IMG/VR virus record: IMGVR_UViG_3300022926_000007
Span: 1-64,000 of that record
DNA length: 64,000 bases
Strand: one strand, 5' to 3'
Source: a virus
Shown here: positions 47,876 through 57,784 of the stretch, piece after piece
How the letters are laid out: each line of letters starts with the position of its first letter
Numbering within the stretch: position 1 is the stretch's first letter
Notes under the pieces: model-generated
Databases searched by the model: none
What the model was told of the DNA's origin: nothing
Seen by the model: only the letters and a program-made list of their open reading frames with translations
Position numbers and translations under genes: made by a program

Positions 47876-49378
47876 CTAAAATCCATCTCCTATACTCTCG
47901 TTGTAATAGTTTTGATCTATTTCGTAGATGTTTTCTACTTTTCTTGTAAAATCCTTTAATGTAGGTGTAAATTCTGTGGTTTCGGCAACAAACTCGGTGT
48001 TTACACTATCTTTCATACACTTTAGTACCATTTCGTGTCTTAATAGTGTTGGATTAATAATATGTTTTACTGCCATTACCAAGTATCGGCCAGAATAAAA
48101 AGGATTAGACTCTTGTGTGTCGCCTTCTTCTATAAGTGGTCGCATAAGAGGTATATCAAAGGTAATGACATCTCCGGCGTTGATGGCAGTATTACCAAAC
48201 ACTTGTAGAGATAGATTAATATTGTTCATAGCCAGTCTTTGTGAGTTCTTTTGTTGTACTGTGACTTTTGGATCTATAATTTCATAATCATTGTGTATTT
48301 TACTTGTGTTTGACTCAACCATTACTCTGGCGTCTGAATGTTGTCCAAAGTCTTTTCTTGTATCTTCGTATGGGTGTATAGGTAGTACGCCCTTAAATCT
48401 TGCCTTTTCACCGCCACTATCAAATTCTAAATGAAAATGGTTTTTAAAGTCTGCAAAGTAGTCATAGTTCTTTTCTTCGTATGTCTTGTAAAATGTGTCG
48501 TGTGTAAACAATTTAGAGGCATATAAACCCTTGTTGACATTTTCTAACATATTGACTGGTCGTTCAAACTCGTACTTAATCACACCTTTCATATCCATTT
48601 CTACATCTTTTACGTTCTTGTCTGTATTTGAGTTGGCAATTTGATAATAGTAATTAAACTTAATAGGTCGTGGCATATTACCACCCGAAGCAATCATTGA
48701 CTCTAAACTTCTAAAGTGATAACCGTCTGTTGTTTCGTAAAAGAAATAACCTGCGTTGTTGTATTTCTGTGATATGGCGTCTTTGCCTAATAGTTGTATT
48801 GCTCTAAAAGGTTTAAAATTAGGTACAACAATCTTTGTGTTGGTGTTTGTGGGTTCAATAAAAAATCTTTTTTTAGAGTTTAGATATAATGGGTCACGTA
48901 ATATTGAGTTTACGCCGTTCTCTACTGGTCCTGCGTACGCCTGACTGACTCTTGTAATACTGTTTCTGTACGCCTCTGGCGAACAAAATAATATTCTATA
49001 CCGTTGTGCTCTAGGATTGGTTTGATCTACTTCTACTTTTTCTATTTTGTATATCTGAAATGGAAAACCCTCACCTCTTACATTGTTATAGCCTGGCAGA
49101 CCTGGAGTATTAAATTTAAGTTCTAACTTTTCTAAACCTGTTATTGGCAGTATTGTTCGTATATCTTGTGCATCATATACTGTTACTGAACCAAGTATTG
49201 AATTGCTTAATATGTCTTCTTTTAATTCTAAAAATTGTATAACACCACCAGACACTAAATCCATCTCATAGTTTACACCTTCCTCATCATTACGTCTATA
49301 AGATAGTATATTACAAATTTCTAAATTGTAATCACCGGCCTGTTCTATAATATTAGGATTCTTTTCATCAACTGCCAT
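47876..49378 (-). CDS. baseplate hub protein (gp27-like, by position)
   Basis: Between gp53 and gp5; LPITG.E, FFYE...YHFRSLE, SGRYLV..V.H. Confidence 0.65.
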   Translation of the reverse strand: MAVDEKNPNIIEQAGDYNLEICNILSYRRNDEEGVNYEMDLVSGGVIQFLELKEDILSNSILGSVTVYDAQDIRTILPITGLEKLELKFNTPGLPGYNNVRGEGFPFQIYKIEKVEVDQTNPRAQRYRILFCSPEAYRNSITRVSQAYAGPVENGVNSILRDPLYLNSKKRFFIEPTNTNTKIVVPNFKPFRAIQLLGKDAISQKYNNAGYFFYETTDGYHFRSLESMIASGGNMPRPIKFNYYYQIANSNTDKNVKDVEMDMKGVIKYEFERPVNMLENVNKGLYASKLFTHDTFYKTYEEKNYDYFADFKNHFHLEFDSGGEKARFKGVLPIHPYEDTRKDFGQHSDARVMVESNTSKIHNDYEIIDPKVTVQQKNSQRLAMNNINLSLQVFGNTAINAGDVITFDIPLMRPLIEEGDTQESNPFYSGRYLVMAVKHIINPTLLRHEMVLKCMKDSVNTEFVAETTEFTPTLKDFTRKVENIYEIDQNYYNESIGDGF

Positions 49379-49379
49379 T

Positions 49380-49916
49380 TTATACTCTAACTAGTTTTTC
49401 AAATTCTGTTTCAAATGCTCTTAAAAAACCTGGTTTTAATAATTTAATTTGTCTTTTCTTATCTTGTAATCTTTGTTCGTATTCATAATTAGTGACAGCA
49501 ACTGCTCCTGGTTGTGTGCTATTGACTTCTATTAAATAATCATAGTCATCAGGACCATTTGATGTTGTTGTACCACTTGATTGTGTTATTTCATAATGAT
49601 GAATACCACTCGGGTTGGCATATTTGTCTTTTACATATGACTCAAATGCTTGATATGATAACGGCCAGTCATAGTATCTATCTTTTATATTATTCAATAA
49701 TAGTATAACATAATAATATCTAACTGATCCATATATCTTGTAGGCAATTGTTTCAGGTGAATCACCACTATCTACATCATATTTGTCAAATAATTCGACA
49801 TTATCTCTAATTGACTCTTTTACTTTAACTCGTCTTAATATATCTGTTACAAGTTTATAGTTCTTTGTGTTGTCTATGTCGTATAGTATTTTAGGAAACT
49901 TTTCAAAATATGCCAT
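49380..49916 (-). CDS. gp53: baseplate wedge subunit
   Basis: YFEKFP, PETIAYKIYG (LysM-like), WPL, YEYE...KRQIKL. Confidence 0.85.
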   Translation of the reverse strand: MAYFEKFPKILYDIDNTKNYKLVTDILRRVKVKESIRDNVELFDKYDVDSGDSPETIAYKIYGSVRYYYVILLLNNIKDRYYDWPLSYQAFESYVKDKYANPSGIHHYEITQSSGTTTSNGPDDYDYLIEVNSTQPGAVAVTNYEYEQRLQDKKRQIKLLKPGFLRAFETEFEKLVRV

Positions 49917-51061
49917 TAGTGACCTCTTTCAATATCTGATTTAGTAATAAATGTAGTTTCTTTAAACGCTAAAGTTAAATTTGTCTGTACAGGCGGAGCA
50001 CCCTTTATAGTTTCTCCTAAACCTGTATTCATAATGTATTCATTAAACGAGCTAAACTTACCTTCAGGTCCATATGTTACGTCCATAGTTTCTAATACAC
50101 TTCTTGTAATTTTATTTAAAAAATCGTTTATATTATTTTTGTAATAATAAAATATTTCAAATTCTGAAGGCACTTTAAAAACTCTTCCACCTACAGATGA
50201 AGCGTCATAGCCTGGATGCATATGATATTTAAATAACCATATAATGTTATGTACCATTTCCATTTCATCTTCACTTTTAGGGAAAAATGTAAATGTATAA
50301 TTAAATGATCTAAAATTTGGTTTATTAAAAAATTGTTCTTCGTGTGGGTTAATAGCAATACCTAATGCCTTTGAACCTAATTTTACAGGATCACCTATTG
50401 AAGCATTACCAAATAAATCACCAACTGCTTTACCCAATTCAGTAGCCGCACCACCTACAGCACCACCAGCTAATGTTTTAAATTTTTCAAAAGCGCCTGT
50501 AGCGTTTTTAGCTTCACCTATAGTTCCTAATAATTGTCCTGATAAGTCTGTAGGTTCTGTATCATATGTCATTCCATAACTAACTTTAACTCCTGGAGGT
50601 AAATACAATGCGATAGCACCTGTTGATACGCTATGTGTTGGAAATTTTGATATTACACTATTGTTTGATTTTAGAGATCCTGGATTTACACCTTGTTGAT
50701 TAACCCTTAAATCTTTTATTTCTGGATCACCTGTATCTCTACCGCCTCCTCCACGACCAATAATTGGTTTTGCCAAACCCACTCTAGCCGCCATTACTTT
50801 GTCACTAGAAGTACCACTACCAAAATTATTTGATATACAATAAAATATAACATAGTGACCTAAACCCTCACTACCAATATCTAATGGATATCTTAATCCA
50901 GCAAATTTCAATGGATCTTTTTTCATTGATTCTTGTATTGAATCTGTAATTTCTGTTGCTGATGTATTTGTAATAGAATCAACAAATTTACCTGTAGAAT
51001 TATTAGATTTAGAATTTAATAATCTATTAGCTCTAAATTGTTGTAGTGGTATGTTCGCCAT
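49916..51061 (-). CDS. gp48: baseplate tail-tube cap
   Basis: LRYPLD, IALYLP, NP..E..F....FRSF.Y.F.F.PKS..E, L.F.E. Confidence 0.8.
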   Translation of the reverse strand: MANIPLQQFRANRLLNSKSNNSTGKFVDSITNTSATEITDSIQESMKKDPLKFAGLRYPLDIGSEGLGHYVIFYCISNNFGSGTSSDKVMAARVGLAKPIIGRGGGGRDTGDPEIKDLRVNQQGVNPGSLKSNNSVISKFPTHSVSTGAIALYLPPGVKVSYGMTYDTEPTDLSGQLLGTIGEAKNATGAFEKFKTLAGGAVGGAATELGKAVGDLFGNASIGDPVKLGSKALGIAINPHEEQFFNKPNFRSFNYTFTFFPKSEDEMEMVHNIIWLFKYHMHPGYDASSVGGRVFKVPSEFEIFYYYKNNINDFLNKITRSVLETMDVTYGPEGKFSSFNEYIMNTGLGETIKGAPPVQTNLTLAFKETTFITKSDIERGH

Positions 51062-51080
51062 AAATAACCTTTGTTAGTAA

Positions 51081-51088
51081 TATTTATA
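51081..51088 (-). promoter_or_regulatory. late promoter for gp48; a CATAAATA on + at 51059-51066 may serve gp4
   Basis: Crossed late boxes on opposite strands in the short gp48/gp4 spacer. Confidence 0.65.
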
Positions 51089-51526
51089 ATGAAAAAGAGA
51101 GCAACATATAAGGGTATTTACAGACCCACCAACCCTAGCAAATACGCTGGCGACCATACAAGAATAGTCTATCGTTCAAATTGGGAGCGTAAGTTTATGG
51201 TCTATTGTGATAAAAATGAGGATATTATATATTGGGCAAGTGAAGAATTAGCTATACCATATGTTAATCCACTTGATCGTAAAGTTCACCGTTACTATCC
51301 TGACTTTATCATAAAAACCAAAAAAGGCAAGCGTTATATGATAGAGATAAAACCATCAGCACAAACTAAAAAACCTACACCCAAACTAAAAAAATCAAAG
51401 GCATTTATGAGGGAGAGTTTAGAGTATATCAAAAATGTGGCTAAATGGCAAGCCGCTGATGTCTATTGTAATGATAATGGTTTAGAATTTAAAATCTTTA
51501 CTGAAAAAGAATTAGGTATTTACTAA
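51089..51526 (+). CDS. gp4: head completion nuclease
   Basis: YRSNWE, W.SEE..IPY, HRYYPDF, EIKP, KWQAA; start MKKR. Confidence 0.9.
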   Translation: MKKRATYKGIYRPTNPSKYAGDHTRIVYRSNWERKFMVYCDKNEDIIYWASEELAIPYVNPLDRKVHRYYPDFIIKTKKGKRYMIEIKPSAQTKKPTPKLKKSKAFMRESLEYIKNVAKWQAADVYCNDNGLEFKIFTEKELGIY

Positions 51527-53721
51527 AAGTCGTTTACTCTCTCAGCATAGTTGTCAACATCAACATTTAATTTACCTGTGTAAATATTTTGATTACTATT
51601 ATTACTTACATTATTGACATTGTTATTTGATACTGCCATAGCAGAAGCGGCCTGTGTTGATTGACCTGAATCTAATATGTCTTTTACACTTCTCAAATCA
51701 TTTGGTTTAAACTTGTTCAAAACTGGTGAATCTGGTGGGTAATATTTACCATCTTCAGGATTTAAAACCATATTCATCATTCTATCTTTTGCTATATCTG
51801 CTCTTGTTTTAGGTTTTGTTTCTGTTGGTATATCACCGAATTGAGCATTTTCTTCAGGCATTTTATTTTTATCCATAATTGCCATAGTAGCAGCCGATAT
51901 AGGACTAACTTTTGCTAAACCTCTCAATACTGTTTTAAATTTAGAAAATATACTTTTCTTATCGCCTGGTTTTTGTGTTTCAGTCTGATCGCCAGCAGCA
52001 TTTTCCATAGCAGCTTCTCCAGCAATATCGCCTGCTGTGCCTGCCTCTTCTCCTTGAAAACCTTTGAAGAAACCTTTAACTTTATCAAACATTGTTTTAC
52101 CTGCTTCTTCGGTTCCTATTTTTTTAGCATCAGCATAAGCGTTTTGTTGTGCTCTATTAATAATCTCACTTGCTTTATTATTTCTAATCATACCATTAAA
52201 ATATGCTGCTGAAGCAAATCCTAAATTTCTACCTCTGCCAAATATTTGATCTTGTACTTTATCAAATATTATCTTTTCAGCGTCTTTAGCTTTATCAGGA
52301 TCATTTTTTAATAATTTTTGAAAGTCTTTATTTTTATATAATTCATAGTAATATCCAAATATATCGTTATATAACTTCATATAACCATTTTTAGCAATTT
52401 CTTGTTCGGCATCATTTAAATTAATTTGACTAGTTTTTGATACAGCAAATTTCTTACCATCTTTTTCAATAATATCTTCGGTACTTCTAGCTCCTTCACC
52501 CTCTTTTAATTCTCTACTTTGACCAGCAAAAGTATCACCAAACATCATTTTATCAAAATCAGCACTTGATTTTTGTCCTGCTTTAGTTTTTCCTAATTTC
52601 AATCTCTCTACCGCTAATATTGAAGCCATATCTCCTTCAACACCTGTAACTTTTCCACCCTCAACTTTTGCTGTAGCTGATAAATCAGGTTTTTTAGTCA
52701 TATCAATGCCTTTTTTGGCCTCTTTCATTTCAGGTGCTTTCTCAGCTTCTTTACTTAAATCTTTAGGATTAAGTTTATCGTAATTATATTTTTTAGCCAG
52801 TTCTTCTTCATTTTTTTTCTTTTTAGCCGCTTCTGCTTCTTTTTCTGCTTTAGTTTTAAATAATCCTTTACCTAATTTAGAACCACCAAAACCACCTATT
52901 AAACCACCTATTAAACCACCGATTGCCGTACCTATTACAGGAACAACAGAACCAATAGCAGCACCAGTAGCCGCTCCAGCAAGAGATCCAGCTACAGCAC
53001 CTCCTGTTCCTACCATACTTTCTTGTGCCTCACTAGCGCCGTAATCATCACCTTCAGCTTGTGATTTTTTCATATCAGAATAATCTAACATCAAAGATGG
53101 TATAGCAAATAGAGCAGATAAGACACCAGCTTTACCTGTAGCCATTTTTGATAAACCTCCTAAACTTCTTTTTCCTAATGCTTTTGCTGTACCACCTACA
53201 CCTAATTTTTTAGCAGCTCTAGGGTCATAACCTTTATTTACACCAAAAAATCTTTCAGTACCTCCACCTAATTTTGAACCTCTTAATTTTAGTAATTGTT
53301 TAGCACCAGCAGTTCCAGCAGTACCTAGTCCTAAAAATGCTAATGCTTTACCCATAATCCCCATTCCACCACCTTCACCACTCATTGTTTTAGGTGAGCC
53401 TGTTACACCACTAGGACCCATAGCACCACCTCTTGCCATAGTTTTTTTTAGTTCTCTGGCTAATTCAGTTTGTTGATCTTTAGCTCTACGCTGTTTATCT
53501 CTTTCAAAACCTACCATAGCAGACATTGAATAAGATATTTTTTGTAAATGATTGTTTTGTTTTAAACTATTTTCTTTTAAATCAGATAATATTTTATTTT
53601 CTTTAATTTCAATATCTAAACTATCTTTATTACCCATAACACGTCTACCACCTAAATTAGGTTTCATAGACTTAACTACTTCTTTTGCTAATTCGTCTTT
53701 TAGTACATATTGTTCGGGCAT
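51523..53721 (-). CDS. tape-measure/gp29-like tail length determinant
   Basis: 732 aa, A/G/K-rich and helical; glycine zipper GAATGAAIGSVVPVIGTAIGGLIGG; N-rich C-terminus; position downstream of gp26. Confidence 0.6.
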   Translation of the reverse strand: MPEQYVLKDELAKEVVKSMKPNLGGRRVMGNKDSLDIEIKENKILSDLKENSLKQNNHLQKISYSMSAMVGFERDKQRRAKDQQTELARELKKTMARGGAMGPSGVTGSPKTMSGEGGGMGIMGKALAFLGLGTAGTAGAKQLLKLRGSKLGGGTERFFGVNKGYDPRAAKKLGVGGTAKALGKRSLGGLSKMATGKAGVLSALFAIPSLMLDYSDMKKSQAEGDDYGASEAQESMVGTGGAVAGSLAGAATGAAIGSVVPVIGTAIGGLIGGLIGGFGGSKLGKGLFKTKAEKEAEAAKKKKNEEELAKKYNYDKLNPKDLSKEAEKAPEMKEAKKGIDMTKKPDLSATAKVEGGKVTGVEGDMASILAVERLKLGKTKAGQKSSADFDKMMFGDTFAGQSRELKEGEGARSTEDIIEKDGKKFAVSKTSQINLNDAEQEIAKNGYMKLYNDIFGYYYELYKNKDFQKLLKNDPDKAKDAEKIIFDKVQDQIFGRGRNLGFASAAYFNGMIRNNKASEIINRAQQNAYADAKKIGTEEAGKTMFDKVKGFFKGFQGEEAGTAGDIAGEAAMENAAGDQTETQKPGDKKSIFSKFKTVLRGLAKVSPISAATMAIMDKNKMPEENAQFGDIPTETKPKTRADIAKDRMMNMVLNPEDGKYYPPDSPVLNKFKPNDLRSVKDILDSGQSTQAASAMAVSNNNVNNVSNNSNQNIYTGKLNVDVDNYAERVNDF

Positions 53722-53725
53722 TTAA

Positions 53726-54055
53726 TTATTTCTTATCTGATTTTGCTCTACTACCTGTGTATAGACCAAACCAAGCCGCTCCAGCACCAACTACGATTGA
53801 TACTAAGCCTGATTGTTCCATAGTAGGACTTGATAAATTCATATACCAAATTACTACTTTATATAATAGATAAATGTATGTAGATATAAACACTCTTGGA
53901 AATATTCTCCAACTATCTACTGCTCTTGCCAAATGAATTAATTTAGCGTATGGATTAGGTCCTAAATCTTTTACAGATGTGTCAACTTCTAATTCTACGT
54001 TTACTTTTTTTGATACCTCTTTTTTATCAGATGGTACTGTAATACTCTCTTCCAT
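53726..54055 (-). CDS. two-TM membrane protein (holin-like?)
   Basis: DSWRIFPR, two hydrophobic helices, basic C-terminus. Confidence 0.55.
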   Translation of the reverse strand: MEESITVPSDKKEVSKKVNVELEVDTSVKDLGPNPYAKLIHLARAVDSWRIFPRVFISTYIYLLYKVVIWYMNLSSPTMEQSGLVSIVVGAGAAWFGLYTGSRAKSDKK

Positions 54056-54240
54056 TACTTCATCTCCCTTTTTCTTTTATCACGCTCTTCTTTTAGATGA
54101 GCGACCAACAGATTGATATACACCTCCCTCTCCCAAGGCAACATATTTTCTAACTCCGTCAATGAATATTTATGATGTTGCATCAAAGCAAAGTTAGTTT
54201 CAAAATAGTTTTGTAAACTATCGTGTGAGAGGGCTATCCG
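54055..54240 (-). CDS. gp51: gp51-like C-terminal module in the -1 frame of gp26 (not in the ORF track)
   Basis: RIALSHDSLQNYFETNFALMQHHKYSLTELENMLPWEREVYINLL...; the first ATG (54183) falls inside the conserved-looking block. Confidence 0.75.
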   Translation of the reverse strand, partial: RIALSHDSLQNYFETNFALMQHHKYSLTELENMLPWEREVYINLLVAHLKEERDKRKREMK

Positions 54241-54950
54241 AAAAAATCGTATAATCCTTCCAATGTTACCTTACTTTTAACATTGGTCTTTGGATTTACA
54301 ACTTCTACCTCTTTTGTCAATTTAGGTGCCGTATCATAAAATCTCTTAATTTTATTTAATATTTGAGCATCTAAATTTTCTAAAAATTCGTTCATCTCCT
54401 CTTTAGTGTAATCAGAACCAGTATATGTTTTTTCACCATAATATATTGTATCAATACCTCTTGCCATTATATTAAATAAGTCTGCTGTATCGGCCGCTGT
54501 TAAGTCTTTAATTTCCTCAACATCATCAATACTAGGATATCTTAAAAATATTCCTATTTTCTTATCTTTATCAATAACAATCTCATTTGAATGTTCTTCA
54601 TCAACTTGAACCTCTATTTTAGTTAAGTCAATATCAACATCAGCATAAGTTTCATTGTCATCAGGACATAATACTTTTAATTTTGAAATCTCACCTACTG
54701 ACTTTGCTCGTATTTGTAAAAATACATATTCAAGGTCAAATAGTGGAGAGTTTTCTACATCAATAGTATTAAATGTACAAGATTTTACAATATCTTTTAC
54801 AGCACGAATAAGTGCTTGTTGTCCACCATCTTCTAAAGCCAATAATAAAACTTTTTCTTCTTTTACTAAAAAAGGTCTATATTCTATTTTTTGATCTTTA
54901 GAGGGAAGTGTCAACTCATATCTTGGCGCCTCAATTTTTGGTAAAGCCAT
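54234..54950 (-). CDS. gp26: baseplate hub assembly chaperone
   Basis: MALPK, RPFLVKEEK.LL, D.EY.FL.IRAKSVGE, ends LEGLYDFF. Confidence 0.9.
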   Translation of the reverse strand: MALPKIEAPRYELTLPSKDQKIEYRPFLVKEEKVLLLALEDGGQQALIRAVKDIVKSCTFNTIDVENSPLFDLEYVFLQIRAKSVGEISKLKVLCPDDNETYADVDIDLTKIEVQVDEEHSNEIVIDKDKKIGIFLRYPSIDDVEEIKDLTAADTADLFNIMARGIDTIYYGEKTYTGSDYTKEEMNEFLENLDAQILNKIKRFYDTAPKLTKEVEVVNPKTNVKSKVTLEGLYDFFG

Positions 54951-54971
54951 AATTTACTCCTTCTATTTTAA

Positions 54972-56147
54972 TTATAAAAATGGTGGAAATACTCTTCCAC
55001 CTGTTATTCTACCGATTGGTAAACCTCTCTTAACTTGATTTACTACATCACGTCCTGCTCTTCTTAATTCAGGAGGTAGTTTACTTAAAAACCCACTAGG
55101 TTTTTTAATAAGTGATTTCTTTTTACCTGCCAAAGGATTAACTGAATATATTTGTGACGTTGGTAAAAACTGTCCTTCACCACCTTGACCTATATTCATA
55201 TTATCTCCTATGCCTTCAAATTCTGGTTTTTCTGTTGAACCAAATCCAACTCCTGGCATACCATCAAGTGTCAAGTTTCTCCAAGTTCTATAAGCAAACG
55301 TGATTGGTAAATTGTGTACTGTCGCCGTATTACTATATTCTAAAGAGGCAGTACCAATTGTTTCAGGATAAACTTCAAACAATCTAACAGCATATGTAAT
55401 TTGTGTAGCAACTTCGGCCTTGCCTGCTATATCATCACCACCTGACTCTATTGTTTCAACTGAATTACCTAATTGGTAAATATCAATTGTACCAACATAA
55501 TTATCATAGTAATTCATATTGTGGCTATCTATATCAAACATAGCCTTTTGCCAGTTTTCAAAAAATGATCTTTGTCTTAAATATTTGTCGCCATAAAAAC
55601 TCATTTCTATTTGACCAGGAAAAGTGTATGATGTTGGCATTTTTCTTTGAGGACCATAAGTTATGTATTCTGTTGATTCTATATCTCTACTAGGAAATTC
55701 TGCCTTGTTACACATAGCATTAACGGTTCTTACCATTGTAGATGATGTTAATTCATTAGGAGCAACTACACTTGTTTCACCACTATTTGAATCAAAAAGT
55801 AAACTATTTGGTAAATTAATTTGAACAATAAATCTATTTGTAAAAGCAAAACCCTCACCTTGGCCGACCATCGCTAAAAATCTGCCTATTGTTGTTTCTC
55901 CTTGTCGTCTTGTTTTTTTACTATCATCACCTGTTAAATCTGAACCTCTTTGTACTCTTGCTGATTTAGCACCTTTAGCCGCTTGAGCAATTCTAGCTTC
56001 TGCTGTATTTACAATTCTTTCACCTGATGGACCTGCTTCTCTACCAATTCTAGGATCACTTTCAACATTATCTAAAGACTTATCCCTAGGTAAACCAAGT
56101 CTAATATCAAAATTTCCTATTCTTCGGCCGCCTTTTAAAATCGCCAT
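54972..56147 (-). CDS. gp54: baseplate tail-tube initiator (gp54/gp19-like)
   Basis: NRF.V, C...FP, FENWQ, YYDNY, L.EVYP..I....L, F.YR.W. Confidence 0.65.
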   Translation of the reverse strand: MAILKGGRRIGNFDIRLGLPRDKSLDNVESDPRIGREAGPSGERIVNTAEARIAQAAKGAKSARVQRGSDLTGDDSKKTRRQGETTIGRFLAMVGQGEGFAFTNRFIVQINLPNSLLFDSNSGETSVVAPNELTSSTMVRTVNAMCNKAEFPSRDIESTEYITYGPQRKMPTSYTFPGQIEMSFYGDKYLRQRSFFENWQKAMFDIDSHNMNYYDNYVGTIDIYQLGNSVETIESGGDDIAGKAEVATQITYAVRLFEVYPETIGTASLEYSNTATVHNLPITFAYRTWRNLTLDGMPGVGFGSTEKPEFEGIGDNMNIGQGGEGQFLPTSQIYSVNPLAGKKKSLIKKPSGFLSKLPPELRRAGRDVVNQVKRGLPIGRITGGRVFPPFL

Positions 56148-56215
56148 TATTTACCTTTACATTGACATTGTTTTATGCCAAATATTTTTGCTATAATTTT
56201 TTTAATTGTTTTCAT
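56147..56215 (-). CDS. 22-aa cationic micropeptide
   Basis: MKTIKKIIAKIFGIKQCQCKGK; TAATG overlaps at both ends. Confidence 0.6.
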   Translation of the reverse strand: MKTIKKIIAKIFGIKQCQCKGK

Positions 56216-56766
56216 TAAATCATTCTCCTACTATCAGAATAAACTTTATTTGTTCCTGCTTTCTTAAATTGTTGTACAGGTAGATAAACAGCCAAAGCTG
56301 CCTCATCAAAATCTATTTTTAAAAACTGTGATCTCACGTGACTATACAAATATTTTTTAATTGTTGGTTTTACTAAATTAATTCCTTTAACATCATCATA
56401 ATTCGCTTCAAACTTTGTAGTTGATTTCATACCACCATCAGCAAATTTTTGTAATCTTTGTAATAAGTTAAATCTTAACAAATATGGTAAATAGTGAAAA
56501 TTTAAACCTAAAAAACCACCTTTAATTGGTTCAAGTGGTAAGACTAGTGGAAAAGTGTCATAATATGGTAGTTTCTGTTTTGTTTTAGGGTCATAAAAGA
56601 ACATATTTAATCTACCAGCACTAGGTCTACCAATTAACTTACCTTGATTCATTAACTTTCTGGCCGTCACTCTATCAGCGATAGAAGCTACATTACTTCT
56701 ATACCAAGCTGCTGATTTTCTTATGCCACCTTGCTTATCTACAAGTGGATCTAGTATATTTGCCAT
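56215..56766 (-). CDS. gp2: DNA end protector protein
   Basis: FFYDPK.K..LPYYD.FPL, GLNFHYL, KKYL..HV.S, LP..QF. Confidence 0.9.
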   Translation of the reverse strand: MANILDPLVDKQGGIRKSAAWYRSNVASIADRVTARKLMNQGKLIGRPSAGRLNMFFYDPKTKQKLPYYDTFPLVLPLEPIKGGFLGLNFHYLPYLLRFNLLQRLQKFADGGMKSTTKFEANYDDVKGINLVKPTIKKYLYSHVRSQFLKIDFDEAALAVYLPVQQFKKAGTNKVYSDSRRMI

Positions 56767-56771
56767 AACAA

Positions 56772-56779
56772 TATTTATA
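56772..56779 (-). promoter_or_regulatory. T4-type late promoter
   Basis: TATAAATA 5 nt before the gp2 ATG. Confidence 0.75.
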
Positions 56780-56784
56780 CGCTG

Positions 56785-56822
56785 AAAATAAAAAAAGAGG
56801 CCGTTATTTCTAACGGCCTCTT
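56785..56822 (-). terminator. rho-independent terminator after gp32
   Basis: 12-bp stem AAGAGGCCGTTA/TAACGGCCTCTT with a 4-nt loop, then a T-run on the minus strand. Confidence 0.85.
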
Positions 56823-56848
56823 AAGCATTCAGTTATGAGAGAGATAGA

Positions 56849-57739
56849 TTACTCTTCCTCAGCTAATTTACTAAAGTAAGATAACGTATCGTCATCATCA
56901 CTAGCTTCTGGTTGAGCACTAACTGGTGTGCTTTTCGCTGTATCGTTGGTTTTTGGCGGGAGGTTTGCATTTTCAACGGTACTAGCGTTTCTATCACCCG
57001 TAATTACCCTATTCAGTTTCTCTTTAAGTTCATCATAGGTTTTAAAATTACTAGGGTCAAGGAAAGGTTTAAGAGCATATTGTTTTGACCAGATTTCTTT
57101 AATCTTGTCATCACTTTCAGCAAGAGTTGACACGCCTTCAAATTCAGACTTGTCATAGTTCCAATAACCATCAACTTTTCTGATTTTTAGTTTAAAGTTA
57201 GCACCTTTCCAAAAATCAAATGGGTTAATTGGTTGTTCATCATCAAATGCTGGTTGCATCGCTTCAGTAATCTTATCAAATATCTTTTTACCAAATTTAA
57301 ATAAAAATACTTTACCCTCATTTTCTGGATGTTTAGGGTCTGAAACAACTAATATATTAGAGTAGTAAGATAATTTTCTTTTTCTTTTTCTTGCTATCTC
57401 TTTATCACTATCTAAACCTGTATTCCATAGTCTTGTATTTTCTTCTGACACAGGATCTTTTTGGCCTAGTGTTGTTAGTGAGTTCTCAATATACCAGCCA
57501 CCTTTGTCTTGGAAAGCGTGTGACCAAATTCTTTGCCAAGGTAAATCTTCACCCTCAACTGCCGGCAAAAATCTAATAACAGCATAACCGTTACCAGTTT
57601 TATCTAACTCTGGTTTCCAAAATCTGTCGTCTTGGTATTTGTTTTTATTTGATTGATCTTCTGGAGCAAGATTTTGCTCTAGTGCTTTTGTAAGTTTGTC
57701 AAAATTACTTGACGAGCTTTTTAATGTTTCAAAGTCCAT
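56849..57739 (-). CDS. gp32: single-stranded DNA-binding protein
   Basis: DDRFWKP, GNGYAVIRFLP, FGKKIFDKI, GANFKLK, NYDKSEF, acidic tail. Confidence 0.95.
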   Translation of the reverse strand: MDFETLKSSSSNFDKLTKALEQNLAPEDQSNKNKYQDDRFWKPELDKTGNGYAVIRFLPAVEGEDLPWQRIWSHAFQDKGGWYIENSLTTLGQKDPVSEENTRLWNTGLDSDKEIARKRKRKLSYYSNILVVSDPKHPENEGKVFLFKFGKKIFDKITEAMQPAFDDEQPINPFDFWKGANFKLKIRKVDGYWNYDKSEFEGVSTLAESDDKIKEIWSKQYALKPFLDPSNFKTYDELKEKLNRVITGDRNASTVENANLPPKTNDTAKSTPVSAQPEASDDDDTLSYFSKLAEEE

Positions 57740-57784
57740 ATTTTCTCCTTATTACTTTGTATTCGTTGTATTTGTGTAGGCTGT

